A DNA stretch of 56,062 nucleotides from a virus (Duplodnaviria; Caudoviricetes). The stretch's first letter is position 1. Each line of letters opens with the position of its first letter. A model generated the notes under the pieces. That model saw only the letters and a list, made by a program, of their open reading frames with translations. It ran no database searches and had not been told where the DNA came from. The stretch covers positions 1 through 56,062 of the IMG/VR virus record IMGVR_UViG_3300025676_000023, one strand, 5' to 3'. Of the stretch, positions 1-9,684 are shown one piece after another. The translations under genes were made by a program, and so were the position numbers.

Positions 1-1767
1 GCTGCTGGCGCGACTGGACCGAGTGGCGCAACTGGCGCAGCGGGAAGCGATGGCTCTGCTGGTGCAACTGGACCTGCGGGCGCAGGAGGAAGTGCTGGCG
101 CTGCTGGCGCAACTGGACCGAGTGGCGCAACTGGCGCAGCGGGTGCAGCGGGAAGTGCTGGTGCTGCTGGCGCAACTGGACCTGCGGGCGCAGGAGGAAG
201 CGCTGGCGCTGCTGGTGCAACTGGACCGAGTGGTGCGACTGGCATAACTGGCCCAACTGGAGCGGTTACTGTCACTACGGAAGATATTTATACAACGGTA
301 TCATCTGATGACAACTACTTCGATGTTATGGCTCTGTTGCATTTCGAAGGCTCAAACGCGCAAACGACAACGGAGGACGATAGCGAAAGCCGTCACACTC
401 CCACTATGGTGGGTACTGCGCAACTTTCCACAGCGCAAAAGAAATTTGGGTCAACAAGTCTTCTTCTGGACGGTGACAGCGACTACATTACTCTTGCTGA
501 TTCTCCAGATTGGGATTTCGGCACAGGTGATTTCACAATTGAGTGTTGGTTCTATTATGACCAAGCAACAGCGCCGCAATTTGCTACTATTTTTGATAGA
601 GGTAACGGAAGCGGTAATGGTTTCAGTCCGTTTTGGGTAGCGGTTCTGGATGATTCAGGTATTAAATTAGTAGCTACTTGTGGCACGAACGGTAATCAAA
701 CAAATGTAATTAATCACTATAATCTGGCAGCTATTACTGACAATACGTGGTATCACATTGCGTTAGTGAGGCATGGTAGCAACTTCTACATCTACTTAGA
801 TGGTGTGTCCTTATCTGGCGCGGAAGCTACAGATTCATCCGCATTGACAGACCAAGCTTACCCTATTCTTGTTGGTGCTCGTGGTCAAAGCGGTACAGGT
901 AGTTATTGGGGCGGTTATATTGACGAGTTCCGCATATCCAAATTATGCAGGTATCCTAGCGGTACTACATTTACGCCTTCAGCAACTGGGCTACCTGGCG
1001 AATCGAGGTACAGCCAAACAGTTGTAACAAGTGTTTCGGGAAGCGGGAACACGACTACTTATTCCGCTGGCTCTTTACTCGACTTAGCAACTACAACATT
1101 TAATGTCGATTTAACAGAAGCCGCAGAAGCAGCTATCGCTAACGGAGATTACCTATTATTTTTAGACGGCGGGGCTACTGGCACTCAGTCAAAGGAGGCT
1201 TTAGCAGACTTAGTTACGTTAATGGCTGGAAACGGAATAACCGCTTCTAGCTCTGTATTGAATTTAGACGCCGCACAAACGACTATCACGTCTCTTCTAG
1301 CTACTGACATTAAGATTGGTGAAGATGACCAAACAAAGATTGATTTTGAAACAGTTAACCAAATCAACTTTTATGCAGACAACACTAAGAGAGTAACAAT
1401 AGACTCTACTGGGTTAACTGTTGATAGTGGCAGCTTATCCATTACTGGGAACTTACATACTGCGGTTCACGACCACGGAACAACTGCTGATATCAATGTT
1501 GACTTCAACGAGGACGCTTTGCAGAAAGCCCTTTTAAATGGAAACGTCGCTATTGACACAGCCGCCGCTAACAAAGGCGCGGGTAAATCAATTGTTATTA
1601 AAATTCTTTGCGATGGCACGGCTAGAAACTTTACTTGGAATAGTAGCTGGGTATTTATTGGTGAAAAACCAACCAGCATAGCGGTAAATAAAACAGCATT
1701 ATTGAGTATGACATGTTTCGGCACAAACGAAACTGATGTTATTTGTAGCTATGCTGTACAAGATTAA
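1..1767 (+). CDS. Tail fibre/appendage protein, 5'-truncated: collagen-like Gly-X-Y repeats, LamG/ConA-like domain, fibre C-terminal region
   Basis: Frame 1 is open from base 1 (AAGATGPSGATG...) into ORF 328..1767; LamG motifs 'GTGDFTIECW', 'WYHIALVR', 'GYIDEFRIS'. Confidence 0.85.
   Translation, partial: AAGATGPSGATGAAGSDGSAGATGPAGAGGSAGAAGATGPSGATGAAGAAGSAGAAGATGPAGAGGSAGAAGATGPSGATGITGPTGAVTVTTEDIYTTVSSDDNYFDVMALLHFEGSNAQTTTEDDSESRHTPTMVGTAQLSTAQKKFGSTSLLLDGDSDYITLADSPDWDFGTGDFTIECWFYYDQATAPQFATIFDRGNGSGNGFSPFWVAVLDDSGIKLVATCGTNGNQTNVINHYNLAAITDNTWYHIALVRHGSNFYIYLDGVSLSGAEATDSSALTDQAYPILVGARGQSGTGSYWGGYIDEFRISKLCRYPSGTTFTPSATGLPGESRYSQTVVTSVSGSGNTTTYSAGSLLDLATTTFNVDLTEAAEAAIANGDYLLFLDGGATGTQSKEALADLVTLMAGNGITASSSVLNLDAAQTTITSLLATDIKIGEDDQTKIDFETVNQINFYADNTKRVTIDSTGLTVDSGSLSITGNLHTAVHDHGTTADINVDFNEDALQKALLNGNVAIDTAAANKGAGKSIVIKILCDGTARNFTWNSSWVFIGEKPTSIAVNKTALLSMTCFGTNETDVICSYAVQD
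7..264 (+). repeat. Collagen-like (Gly-X-Y)n coding repeat with imperfect ~100-nt higher-order units
   Basis: Uninterrupted GAT/GPS/GAA/GSA triplets; near-identical DNA blocks start at about 1, 100 and 208. Confidence 0.9.
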
Positions 1768-1769
1768 TC

Positions 1770-2585
1770 ATGTCTATTCATGTTCACAAAACTGGTCTGA
1801 ACAAAACATTAGGTCAGCAATCTGATGGTATTGTTACTACCGATTTAACTGGTAATTTTATTCCTACGGCTGGAATCGAGACTCTTTACTGGGATAACCA
1901 AGTAAGCAGTGGCCTAAATTTGCGGCGATTCAATGGCGTAACACACTCCACCACTGACCCTGATCATTTTCTGCTTGACGGCACAAATGATTACCTCGGC
2001 AAAGCCTCAACTAGTTACGGAGGGAACCCTCTAGAGCTTGGTGGCGGCACAAGACCTTTTACGCTAGGTCAGTGGTTTAAGTACAATAACGTAAATCATT
2101 ATATATTTTTTTGCGGCACAGCTGCGGACGTGGGCTTAGGTATGACTCCACAGTATCACTCATATATCCTTTTAGAAGTTTTGGCATCAAACGACCAATG
2201 CAAGCTAACAGTTAGACCAGCATACGACGGTTCGGTACGCAGCGACACCGCCACTTTTAGCAATTTTACTTTCGTTGACGATACGTGGTACTATGTTGCG
2301 CTAACCCATGACGGGGCCGCTGATTATTCGGTTTATGTTAATGGTAGTTTTATCGGCTCTCTAACTTCCACTTACGCGCTTCCCTACGGGACGGACTCTA
2401 ACGCCATTGAATGTGGAGCTAAAAATATTGATGGCACTAAGTCTTACTCTGGCGCTAACACAAAGATAGGCCACGTACACGTTTACGAAAATGGATATCT
2501 AACCAACTCTCAGGTTAGGCAAAACTTTTTAGCTACTCATTCTGTAAATAACACTAGGGTTTATGGAGCGACTTATACCGCGTGA
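1770..2585 (+). CDS. LamG/ConA-like lectin domain virion protein
   Basis: 'FLLDGTNDY', 'WYYVALTHDG', 'VYVNG', 'LTNSQVRQNF' motifs typical of phage LamG proteins. Confidence 0.75.
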   Translation: MSIHVHKTGLNKTLGQQSDGIVTTDLTGNFIPTAGIETLYWDNQVSSGLNLRRFNGVTHSTTDPDHFLLDGTNDYLGKASTSYGGNPLELGGGTRPFTLGQWFKYNNVNHYIFFCGTAADVGLGMTPQYHSYILLEVLASNDQCKLTVRPAYDGSVRSDTATFSNFTFVDDTWYYVALTHDGAADYSVYVNGSFIGSLTSTYALPYGTDSNAIECGAKNIDGTKSYSGANTKIGHVHVYENGYLTNSQVRQNFLATHSVNNTRVYGATYTA

Positions 2586-2821
2586 ATTATATTATTATTC
2601 AATCTAAGCATTTAGAGCATGTTGACTTTTCGTTGGTAAAAGAAAATAACCCTGACACTTTAAGGTACTCCTTGAATGGGGAACACTTCTTTGTAAAGTA
2701 CGAAGGGGAGCAGCCAGAGTTTGCTTTTGATATAACTCAAGACGCCGTAGGTCTAGAGGAATATACCCACCAAGAGATTATTGAAATTTTAAGTGGCCCA
2801 CAATGGACAAGCCCAGATTAA
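2582..2821 (+). CDS. Small conserved phage protein found next to fibre genes
   Basis: GTGA overlap with upstream gene; 'TLRYSLNGEHFFVKYEG...YTHQEIIEIL...W' pattern. Confidence 0.6.
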   Translation: MNYIIIQSKHLEHVDFSLVKENNPDTLRYSLNGEHFFVKYEGEQPEFAFDITQDAVGLEEYTHQEIIEILSGPQWTSPD

Positions 2822-4419
2822 AAATAAACGATAAAGAGGTTGGCTTACGCGATTTAGGGGATGGACTGTTTGAGCCCAAAAACCTCAAAGTTTTGAATGA
2901 AGTTTTTCATGGTTATCACGAGCCTAAAGCGGCTGGACGCTTTTTCGTGGAGAACCATATCGCCAAAGAGGAGCCCGAAAAATACCACAAAATACAAAGC
3001 TTTTGTTTCGTTGTAACAGAAAACATAAAACAAGAGGGAGCGATGATGTTAAAAAGCCTTCGAAAGTTTCACGACCAACCTGTGTATGTGATATGCGACT
3101 TAGCTTCACGAAGGTTTTTCACGCAAGAGGGACTAAAGGATGAAAGTATAATTTGTAAGCTTACAAGCAAAGAGGAATTAGAAAAGATTAACGAAGAAGT
3201 TTTTAAAAACCACAAATGCATAGCTAATAATGTTCACCGCCCCGCCGAAATACTTACAAAAATGGACGTTATGAATTTCGCTTTAAAGCATCACGACAAC
3301 ACCTTCTTCCTCGACGCGGACATAATTGTGTTAGATAATTTACAGGAATACTTTAGCGCCAAAGTTGTGCTGTCGCCGCATTATTATCCCAAACAGTATA
3401 CCTCTCATGGGTTTGAGAATGGGTTTTACAACGCTGGTTACGTATTTTGCGCTTCTAAAGGGTTTCCCAATTTTTGGAAGCATATTTATTTAAATGACTC
3501 TATCTTCTTCGAGCAAGAAGGTATGAATAGGATTCCAGACAGACAAAATATACAAACTTTTTCTAAGGAGCATAACGTCGGCTTTTGGAGAAGAGGGGAA
3601 ATGCCTAAGCATGTAAAGTCTTTACATTTTCATATAACAGATGGTGTTGATAAAAATCGTTGCGACTCATTAAAAGAGATGAACCAAAACATAAAGGACT
3701 TTGGAGTAAACCTGCTAAAAGAGCGTCACGAAGATTTATACAACTACCACCTTAGAATGACTTCTGCTAAGAAAATCGCTTTTATCCACTTTGGAAAAGC
3801 CGCAGGAGTTTACGTAAACGCATATATGAAAGAAAGATGCGCTAGAGGTCATCGAAAATACTTTTCTTGGCACGAAAGCTCAAACCCCTACAGGATATCA
3901 GATAGAGATTGGACGCAAGAAGAGCTCCTTGAAATAGCAGAAACAAAAGATGAGTACGCCTACGTTACAAACCATCATATAAACTGGAGCCTTGAAACCG
4001 TGAAAAAATTTAAAGAAAATGGTTGGTTTACGTTTATGTTTCTTCGCCGACCAGAGGAATTATTATGCTCTTTGTTTCATTGGAGCAAAGAAAAAAACGT
4101 CCAACTCAGGCCAAGCGATAAAGAGCCCGAGACTCTTCAAGAAACGTTTGAGTACGCAACCAACTTAGAAGATTTTTCTAAGCTGTGGAGACCCCCCGAT
4201 TATATTGACGAGTTAGACTATGTTGCGGAATTTAACGACAAAAACTTCAGCGCCTTTCTGCTTAAATATTTCGGAGAAACATACGAGCCCAGACCGCCAA
4301 GTAATACAAGCGAAAACAAAGGGTTTACTCATTACAGGGAAAATGGGGAAATATCAGACAGGGCAGCTTGGGCGCTGCTAAAGCACCCCGAATATGAAAG
4401 GGTTTTAACTTATTTATGA
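2803..4419 (+). CDS. GT-A glycosyltransferase fused to a C-terminal sulfotransferase-like domain
   Basis: DxD motif 'FFLDADIIV' and 'FYNAG'; C-terminal 'FIHFGKAAG' (5'-PAPS loop-like) and 'FLRRPEELLCS' (3'-PAPS-like). Confidence 0.7.
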   Translation: MDKPRLKINDKEVGLRDLGDGLFEPKNLKVLNEVFHGYHEPKAAGRFFVENHIAKEEPEKYHKIQSFCFVVTENIKQEGAMMLKSLRKFHDQPVYVICDLASRRFFTQEGLKDESIICKLTSKEELEKINEEVFKNHKCIANNVHRPAEILTKMDVMNFALKHHDNTFFLDADIIVLDNLQEYFSAKVVLSPHYYPKQYTSHGFENGFYNAGYVFCASKGFPNFWKHIYLNDSIFFEQEGMNRIPDRQNIQTFSKEHNVGFWRRGEMPKHVKSLHFHITDGVDKNRCDSLKEMNQNIKDFGVNLLKERHEDLYNYHLRMTSAKKIAFIHFGKAAGVYVNAYMKERCARGHRKYFSWHESSNPYRISDRDWTQEELLEIAETKDEYAYVTNHHINWSLETVKKFKENGWFTFMFLRRPEELLCSLFHWSKEKNVQLRPSDKEPETLQETFEYATNLEDFSKLWRPPDYIDELDYVAEFNDKNFSAFLLKYFGETYEPRPPSNTSENKGFTHYRENGEISDRAAWALLKHPEYERVLTYL

Positions 4420-5087
4420 ACAACTTAAATTATAAATCATTCGTTTGTAAAGAGCAGTATTATTATACGTATGGCGCTAGCGTTTTTTTGCAGTGTGTTA
4501 GTGAATGGGGTTTAAAACCTACAGATAATTTATTAGATATAGGCTGTGGCTCTCTTAGGATAGGCAAGCATTTAATTCCGTTTCTTGAGGCTGAAAAGTA
4601 TTGCGGCGTCGAGCCAGAACAAAAGTATCTTAAGGATGGTTTGAAGTGGGAGGTATCGGAGTCTATGTTAAAGCTAAAAAGGCCAAGTTTTATTTATAAT
4701 AATGATTTTGATTTTAGTTTGTTTAATAGAAAATTTGATTTTGTTTTATCTAGTGCAGTATTTATCCATTGCAGTCCAAGTCAATTTGTAAACTGTTTAA
4801 AAAGCCTCAAGGGTCATCTGTCTAAAGATGGCCGTTTTATAGTGAGTCTTGGGTTATCAAGTACGATACAGCAAAAAACGTTAGAAGAACCAAAATCAAA
4901 AGATGAGCCCACGGACAAAGACAGGCCGTATAGATACAGCGATAATATACTAACAACTTATAACGTTAATTACTTAGACGATATCTTAAATGAAAACGGC
5001 TTCAAAAAAACAAGAAGTCTTTGCCCCTACTACGGGATTAAGCAGCAAAAAGCGCGGCAGACGATGTGCGAGATAAAATTATTATGA
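4416..5087 (+). CDS. Class I SAM-dependent methyltransferase
   Basis: Motif I 'LLDIGCGSLRIG'; 'FDFVLSSAVFIH'; 'LSKDGRFIV'. Confidence 0.85.
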   Translation: MNNLNYKSFVCKEQYYYTYGASVFLQCVSEWGLKPTDNLLDIGCGSLRIGKHLIPFLEAEKYCGVEPEQKYLKDGLKWEVSESMLKLKRPSFIYNNDFDFSLFNRKFDFVLSSAVFIHCSPSQFVNCLKSLKGHLSKDGRFIVSLGLSSTIQQKTLEEPKSKDEPTDKDRPYRYSDNILTTYNVNYLDDILNENGFKKTRSLCPYYGIKQQKARQTMCEIKLL

Positions 5088-5152
5088 ATGCATCTGGGTT
5101 AAAAGAGTACATGCAACCCTTCTTTGATAAGAAAAAAATAGAAGAAAAATGA
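5084..5152 (+). CDS. 22-aa micro-ORF (MNASGLKEYMQPFFDKKKIEEK)
   Basis: ATGA overlap with the upstream stop and ATGA overlap with the downstream start; fills the gap exactly. Confidence 0.4.
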   Translation: MNASGLKEYMQPFFDKKKIEEK

Positions 5153-5721
5153 GTCTATCTGAAGAAAATCTTAAAAAAATACATTTTGAACTCTTAAGTA
5201 GATTCAATTCTTATTGTTGGATATCTGGTGGGTCTATACTAGACGCACTTGACGACAGAAAGCCTAGGGACATAGACATCTACTTTGAGTCTCAAAGAGA
5301 TCAAGAAAAGGCTGTGTCAAAGGCTAAGATACAGGGCGCTAAAATCATACAACAATACCCTCTCGGCACAAAATTGGAGTGGGATGGGATAGAGATTGAT
5401 TTAACATTTTGCGGTAAAAACCCAGAAGAGGTGTTTGATAAATATGATTATACTATAATGTGCATAGCTATCGATAAAAATGGCAAATTCTTTCATCATC
5501 CAGATTTTTTCGAGCATTACGGGGAAAGGAAACTGTATTATACAGGAATAGCCCAAAGCAAGGGGTCGGCGCATTTTACGAATAAGAGCAAAAGACTCAA
5601 AAAATACTTAAATAAAGGCTACGATATTGACGGTGAAAACCTTGAATTCTGGCTAGAATTAATACTAGAGGACCAAAAAAGGTCTAAAAAACCAAAAAAT
5701 AAAAAGCTAAATTCCGTGTAA
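5149..5721 (+). CDS. Nucleotidyltransferase (poly(A) polymerase/CCA-enzyme head-like)
   Basis: 'WISGGSILD', 'PRDIDIYF', 'YDYTIMCIA' motifs of class II Pol-beta-family NTases. Confidence 0.75.
   Translation: MSLSEENLKKIHFELLSRFNSYCWISGGSILDALDDRKPRDIDIYFESQRDQEKAVSKAKIQGAKIIQQYPLGTKLEWDGIEIDLTFCGKNPEEVFDKYDYTIMCIAIDKNGKFFHHPDFFEHYGERKLYYTGIAQSKGSAHFTNKSKRLKKYLNKGYDIDGENLEFWLELILEDQKRSKKPKNKKLNSV
5716..5721 (+). promoter_or_regulatory. GTGTAA putative late-promoter motif upstream of the neck operon
   Basis: Same motif recurs 10-30 nt before several structural gene starts; here it also forms the upstream Val-stop codons. Confidence 0.45.
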
Positions 5722-5731
5722 CTAACATAAA

Positions 5732-6229
5732 ATGAAGATCGTAGACATAGCTGATGAGATTTTTCGCGAATTGAACCAACCCTCAGAGGTTTCAATCCCG
5801 CAGATAGCCTTTTGGGTTAGGGTTAACGTGGGCACGCTAAATAACACTATAAACGCGTGCTACTCCATAGACGTAAATTCTTTGGAAATTTCGCCAGACC
5901 CAGGCTTAGAAGAAAAGTCAATATTAAAAAAACTTTACGTTATCCACTATTATGACATTAAAGTCCGATCAGCCCTTGGGGCAGCTTCGACTGACCCAAT
6001 TGTTGAAGTCACCTCGGATGGGGCGACAGTTAGGAAGCTAAACAGAAATCAAACCAGTCAATTATTTTTAACCCTCAAAAAGCAAGAAACGGAAGATTTC
6101 AATATGCTTGTGGCAAACTACAAGATGCTTAAATCTAAACCGATTCAAGTCGCTGGGGATGACACGATTGCTGGATACGATTCTCCAACGTCAAATCTAA
6201 ATAGATTAGACAAAAGCTCAGACTACTAA
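5732..6229 (+). CDS. Putative head-tail adaptor/neck protein
   Basis: Position at the start of a four-gene block before the tail tube; size; 'EVTSDGATVR' strand. Confidence 0.45.
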   Translation: MKIVDIADEIFRELNQPSEVSIPQIAFWVRVNVGTLNNTINACYSIDVNSLEISPDPGLEEKSILKKLYVIHYYDIKVRSALGAASTDPIVEVTSDGATVRKLNRNQTSQLFLTLKKQETEDFNMLVANYKMLKSKPIQVAGDDTIAGYDSPTSNLNRLDKSSDY

Positions 6230-6231
6230 AA

Positions 6232-6666
6232 ATGGCCAGCTTACTAGCTAACACCACCACAAGTGAATTCTCTAAAATATTGGAGGATCACTTCGACACG
6301 TTCAAAAGAAAGATCGTCGTCCACAAAGAGCCCATCAAGTCAGTCACTAACATACAAAATAACGCGCTTCACGGATATGGAGACGCGGCGGAAGCCAGCA
6401 ATGTCAGTTACATAGCTCAGAATAAAGAATTTTACGCCATCGTTAATTACGAAAGCCGACAGACAGAAGCCGCAACGCAAGTAGGAACATTAGAGTCGGG
6501 AATGGTTAGGATAAAGGTGGAGAAAGAAGCGTCAGACTACATAAAAGAGGGCAAGGTGGAGAAAATAGAGATCGACGGAAAGACTTTCAATAAGATAACT
6601 GACGATAAGGTTCAAAATTACCTAGGGGTTACATTTTATATATTCTATCTACAGGCGACAACATAA
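6232..6666 (+). CDS. Putative head-closure (stopper) protein
   Basis: Position; beta-rich 144 aa with 'IEIDGKTF'. Confidence 0.45.
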   Translation: MASLLANTTTSEFSKILEDHFDTFKRKIVVHKEPIKSVTNIQNNALHGYGDAAEASNVSYIAQNKEFYAIVNYESRQTEAATQVGTLESGMVRIKVEKEASDYIKEGKVEKIEIDGKTFNKITDDKVQNYLGVTFYIFYLQATT

Positions 6667-7271
6667 TGGCTAAGGTATATAAAACTAGAATCAAAAAAAG
6701 CGCTGTAAAATCAATGAGCCAAAAGCCTTTGAGGGACCAAGCTTACAAGATAGTCAAGCAGCGGATTGAAGAAGCGAAGCGGAAAACTCTAGCTATTTTT
6801 GAAAAGCACCCAGTAACCTCGGAACTAGAATCAGGACCAAGGGGAGAAAATATCTCTGGGACTTTGGGCGGGTATGGTAATTTGTTTAGTTATATAGGCT
6901 TTAGCAGTGGGGCTAGCCCAATTGAGCCGTTGAGGACTTACCTGAACAGAAAGCCGAGGGTATATAAGAATTCTAAGTTTGTAAAAAAAAGTAATTCTGC
7001 CGAATTTGTATTTAGAATTGAGATACCAAGTTTTAGTGAGATGGAGGTGCTGGCTCAATCCCCATTCGAGGGAAGAAGCTGGCTAAGAGGACTCGAAAGG
7101 GGCATATCTGGACTTGGGTACTACTTGCACTCTAAGACGGGGCAGTTGGCGGGAAGCCGAAGCGGGTTCGGCTTGCAGACAGAAAACAGGCTCAGAGCCA
7201 TGACTTTCAAACCGATAACTTACATGACAAACATTTTGAAAGAGTTCAGGAGAGAGGCTAACTTAGGATGA
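6666..7271 (+). CDS. Putative tail-completion/neck protein
   Basis: Position; basic protein ending 'FKPITYMTNIL', as in Ne1/gp10-like proteins. Confidence 0.4.
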   Translation: MAKVYKTRIKKSAVKSMSQKPLRDQAYKIVKQRIEEAKRKTLAIFEKHPVTSELESGPRGENISGTLGGYGNLFSYIGFSSGASPIEPLRTYLNRKPRVYKNSKFVKKSNSAEFVFRIEIPSFSEMEVLAQSPFEGRSWLRGLERGISGLGYYLHSKTGQLAGSRSGFGLQTENRLRAMTFKPITYMTNILKEFRREANLG

Positions 7272-8137
7272 TAGCTCAATACGACAATATTGTAATGTCG
7301 AGCTTTATGCTCTGGTTCGACCATACGCTTTTAGACAAAGGAAAGGCGTTTACTAACACTAGTTCCTTTTTCTATGATGTAGATAGCCTATATAACGGCT
7401 ACAATACCTACGGCTCTCCATTTAGACAGTTCGTAGCTGACGAATCAATAGCTAATAAGCATGGCGCAGACGTTATTAACCATGTCACTTTAAATAACAG
7501 CACTACAGTTAGGGGCGCTTCTAATTTTGCTAATATCAACTACGAACAAGGTCAAGTTTACTTTTCTAGCGCAGTTTCAAGCCCAAATACCACTTTGAGT
7601 GGGGATTATGCCGTAAAGGATTTTAACATATATATTACTAACGAATTAGAAGAAAAACTACTTTTCGAGACCCAGTTTAAGACTAGGAATACCACCAATA
7701 CTACCGCTACTGGATTGCCCCCAAGCACTATGACTTATCCAGCGGTTTTCCTCAAGAATAATGGCAGCAAAAATGAACCCGTCGCTTTTGGGGGGCAAGA
7801 TCAAACCGAAATGGACTTGCGAGCAATTGTACTTTCTGACGATCAATATAAGTTAGATGCAGTTTCGTCTATTTTTAGGGATAGAGTAAGGACTTTTGTG
7901 CCGCTTATACCAGCGGCAGATATGCCCTTCAACGCCCTTGGAGACTTTAAGGACAACCAACAATACAACTATACAGGATTAGCGGATACAACCTCGAAAA
8001 CAGGTGTATTTATAGACAATGTTTATACAAGTAAGATCGGCGGAGTCACTTATACCCAGAAGACTAATGTAAACCCAGACGTCTTCAGCATGGTAATTGA
8101 CTTTGAACTAAGCGACTTTAGGTTTCCTAGAGTTTAA
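7268..8137 (+). CDS. Putative tail terminator protein
   Basis: Directly upstream of the tail tube; 'TYPAVFL' motif. Confidence 0.45.
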   Translation: MIAQYDNIVMSSFMLWFDHTLLDKGKAFTNTSSFFYDVDSLYNGYNTYGSPFRQFVADESIANKHGADVINHVTLNNSTTVRGASNFANINYEQGQVYFSSAVSSPNTTLSGDYAVKDFNIYITNELEEKLLFETQFKTRNTTNTTATGLPPSTMTYPAVFLKNNGSKNEPVAFGGQDQTEMDLRAIVLSDDQYKLDAVSSIFRDRVRTFVPLIPAADMPFNALGDFKDNQQYNYTGLADTTSKTGVFIDNVYTSKIGGVTYTQKTNVNPDVFSMVIDFELSDFRFPRV

Positions 8138-8193
8138 ATCGGTTCCCAATCTACTAAAAATTCTGTAAATATTAACAATCAGGGATAATCACA

Positions 8194-9339
8194 ATGGCTA
8201 GAAATAGAGTAATTTATCAATCGGAGGCACTATACGTAGGCCCAACTACAATTGCACAACAGCATACCATAAGTAACGTTTTGCAATTACAGAGGGTCCA
8301 AAGTGCGAACTACAGTTTTAACCTAGAACGCCAAGACGTTAACCAATTTGGCGAGCTAGCATCAATCGATAGAGTTATCTTGAGCGCTCCTACTGTGTCG
8401 CTCGATTTCTCTTATCTCGTTGCCAACCTTTATAATGAATCTGGACTCGGATTTACCACCAGCGACGCTGGGCATACGAGCCACATTTCTTGCATTAAAG
8501 GAATTTTGGACAAAACATCTGACGAGAAGAACTACTTCATCAAAACCGTTAAAGAAGGTGCTGATGAACGTGGAACTCATCCTGATAGTCGTCACGACGC
8601 TTTTAGCGAAGGCGCGGCTACTCACTTGACTCAGAGCACAATTGGCATCGGCAACGGATTTATCACATCTTATACCGCTGAAGGCTCAGTTGGTAACTTC
8701 CCAACCGCCTCTATTAACGTAGAAGCGTTGAACATGGTTATCACTTCTGGCGCTTCAGGATTCAACGTTCCTTCTGTTAACGCCACTGATGGTGTGCCTG
8801 TTACCGCTTATCAGGTTATCCTGCCTACTGGTGTTAGTACGCCAGCGTCTGATACGACTTCGGTTCTAAGACCAGGTCAAGTCACGGTAAGCATCGTGGA
8901 TAACGGTCAGCACGCTGGCGGAACCGCGTTTGACGAAATGGGTGTTCTAGTGAGTGACGCCAAGATTCAGAGCTACAATATCAGCTTTGACTTGGGACGT
9001 ACTCCGCTGGAGAAACTCGGAAGTAAGTTCGCGTTTGCTCGTGAAATTGACTTCCCAGTGACGATCACAGCTTCCGTTGAAGCTAACGTGGGCGAGCTTA
9101 CCACTGGTAACTTGGCCGACATGATCAGCACAGATCAAAACTACGACTTGTTCGTGCGTTTGAAAGACCCAACTAACACAAATGTGCATGTTGATTACCA
9201 CATCAAGAAAGCTAAACTCGACAGCGAAGAGTTCTCATCGGCTGTCGGAGATAACAAGAGTGTTACTCTGAACTTCTCCGCTCAGGTTGGTGGACCTAAC
9301 CAGACGGATATTGGCTTCTTTATGAGTGGTGTTTCCTAA
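8194..9339 (+). CDS. Major tail tube protein with a tandem duplicated tube fold
   Basis: Position before chaperones/TMP; followed by a strong terminator; two similar halves ('VQSANYSFNLERQDVNQFG' / 'IQSYNISFDLGRTPLEKLG'). Confidence 0.7.
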   Translation: MARNRVIYQSEALYVGPTTIAQQHTISNVLQLQRVQSANYSFNLERQDVNQFGELASIDRVILSAPTVSLDFSYLVANLYNESGLGFTTSDAGHTSHISCIKGILDKTSDEKNYFIKTVKEGADERGTHPDSRHDAFSEGAATHLTQSTIGIGNGFITSYTAEGSVGNFPTASINVEALNMVITSGASGFNVPSVNATDGVPVTAYQVILPTGVSTPASDTTSVLRPGQVTVSIVDNGQHAGGTAFDEMGVLVSDAKIQSYNISFDLGRTPLEKLGSKFAFAREIDFPVTITASVEANVGELTTGNLADMISTDQNYDLFVRLKDPTNTNVHVDYHIKKAKLDSEEFSSAVGDNKSVTLNFSAQVGGPNQTDIGFFMSGVS

Positions 9340-9363
9340 GAAACCATCTTAAGAGATTATTCC

Positions 9364-9394
9364 AAAGCCCCCAGAAATGGGGGCTTTTTTCTTT
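9364..9394 (+). terminator. Rho-independent terminator
   Basis: AAAGCCCCCA-GAAA-TGGGGGCTTT hairpin followed by a T tract. Confidence 0.9.
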
Positions 9395-9400
9395 ATTTAT

Positions 9401-9406
9401 GTGTAA
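9401..9406 (+). promoter_or_regulatory. GTGTAA putative late-promoter motif
   Basis: Immediately after the terminator, 26 nt before ATG 9433; purine-rich AAGG leader follows. Confidence 0.55.
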
Positions 9407-9432
9407 ATTATGGCAAGGGAAAAGGAAAGGTT

Positions 9433-9684
9433 ATGCAGGAAAAAGGCATCAAAAGGGACGAGTTGGAGGAAAAGCTTCAAGAGTATGTCTCATTTCAATT
9501 GACCAGAAAAGTCACGCATTTATATAAAAACTTTCTTTTTATTTTAGAGGATTTGAAGTCTCAAGGGTATGATATTTCAGATGAAGATTTCCAGAGGTGC
9601 AGGAAAAGGATATTGGATCACGGTAATGATACAGTCAGAGAGATAGAAGACTGTTTAAAGGACTTGGACATAAGGCTTAAATAA
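9433..9684 (+). CDS. Small helical protein in the tail-assembly region
   Basis: Strong SD-like leader; TAATG coupling to the next gene. Confidence 0.6.
   Translation: MQEKGIKRDELEEKLQEYVSFQLTRKVTHLYKNFLFILEDLKSQGYDISDEDFQRCRKRILDHGNDTVREIEDCLKDLDIRLK

Noticed and set aside
23-247. 74-aa ORF (MAQLAQRE...) and ORF 308..640
   Set aside because: Alternate-frame shadows of the collagen/LamG gene, which is open in frame 1.
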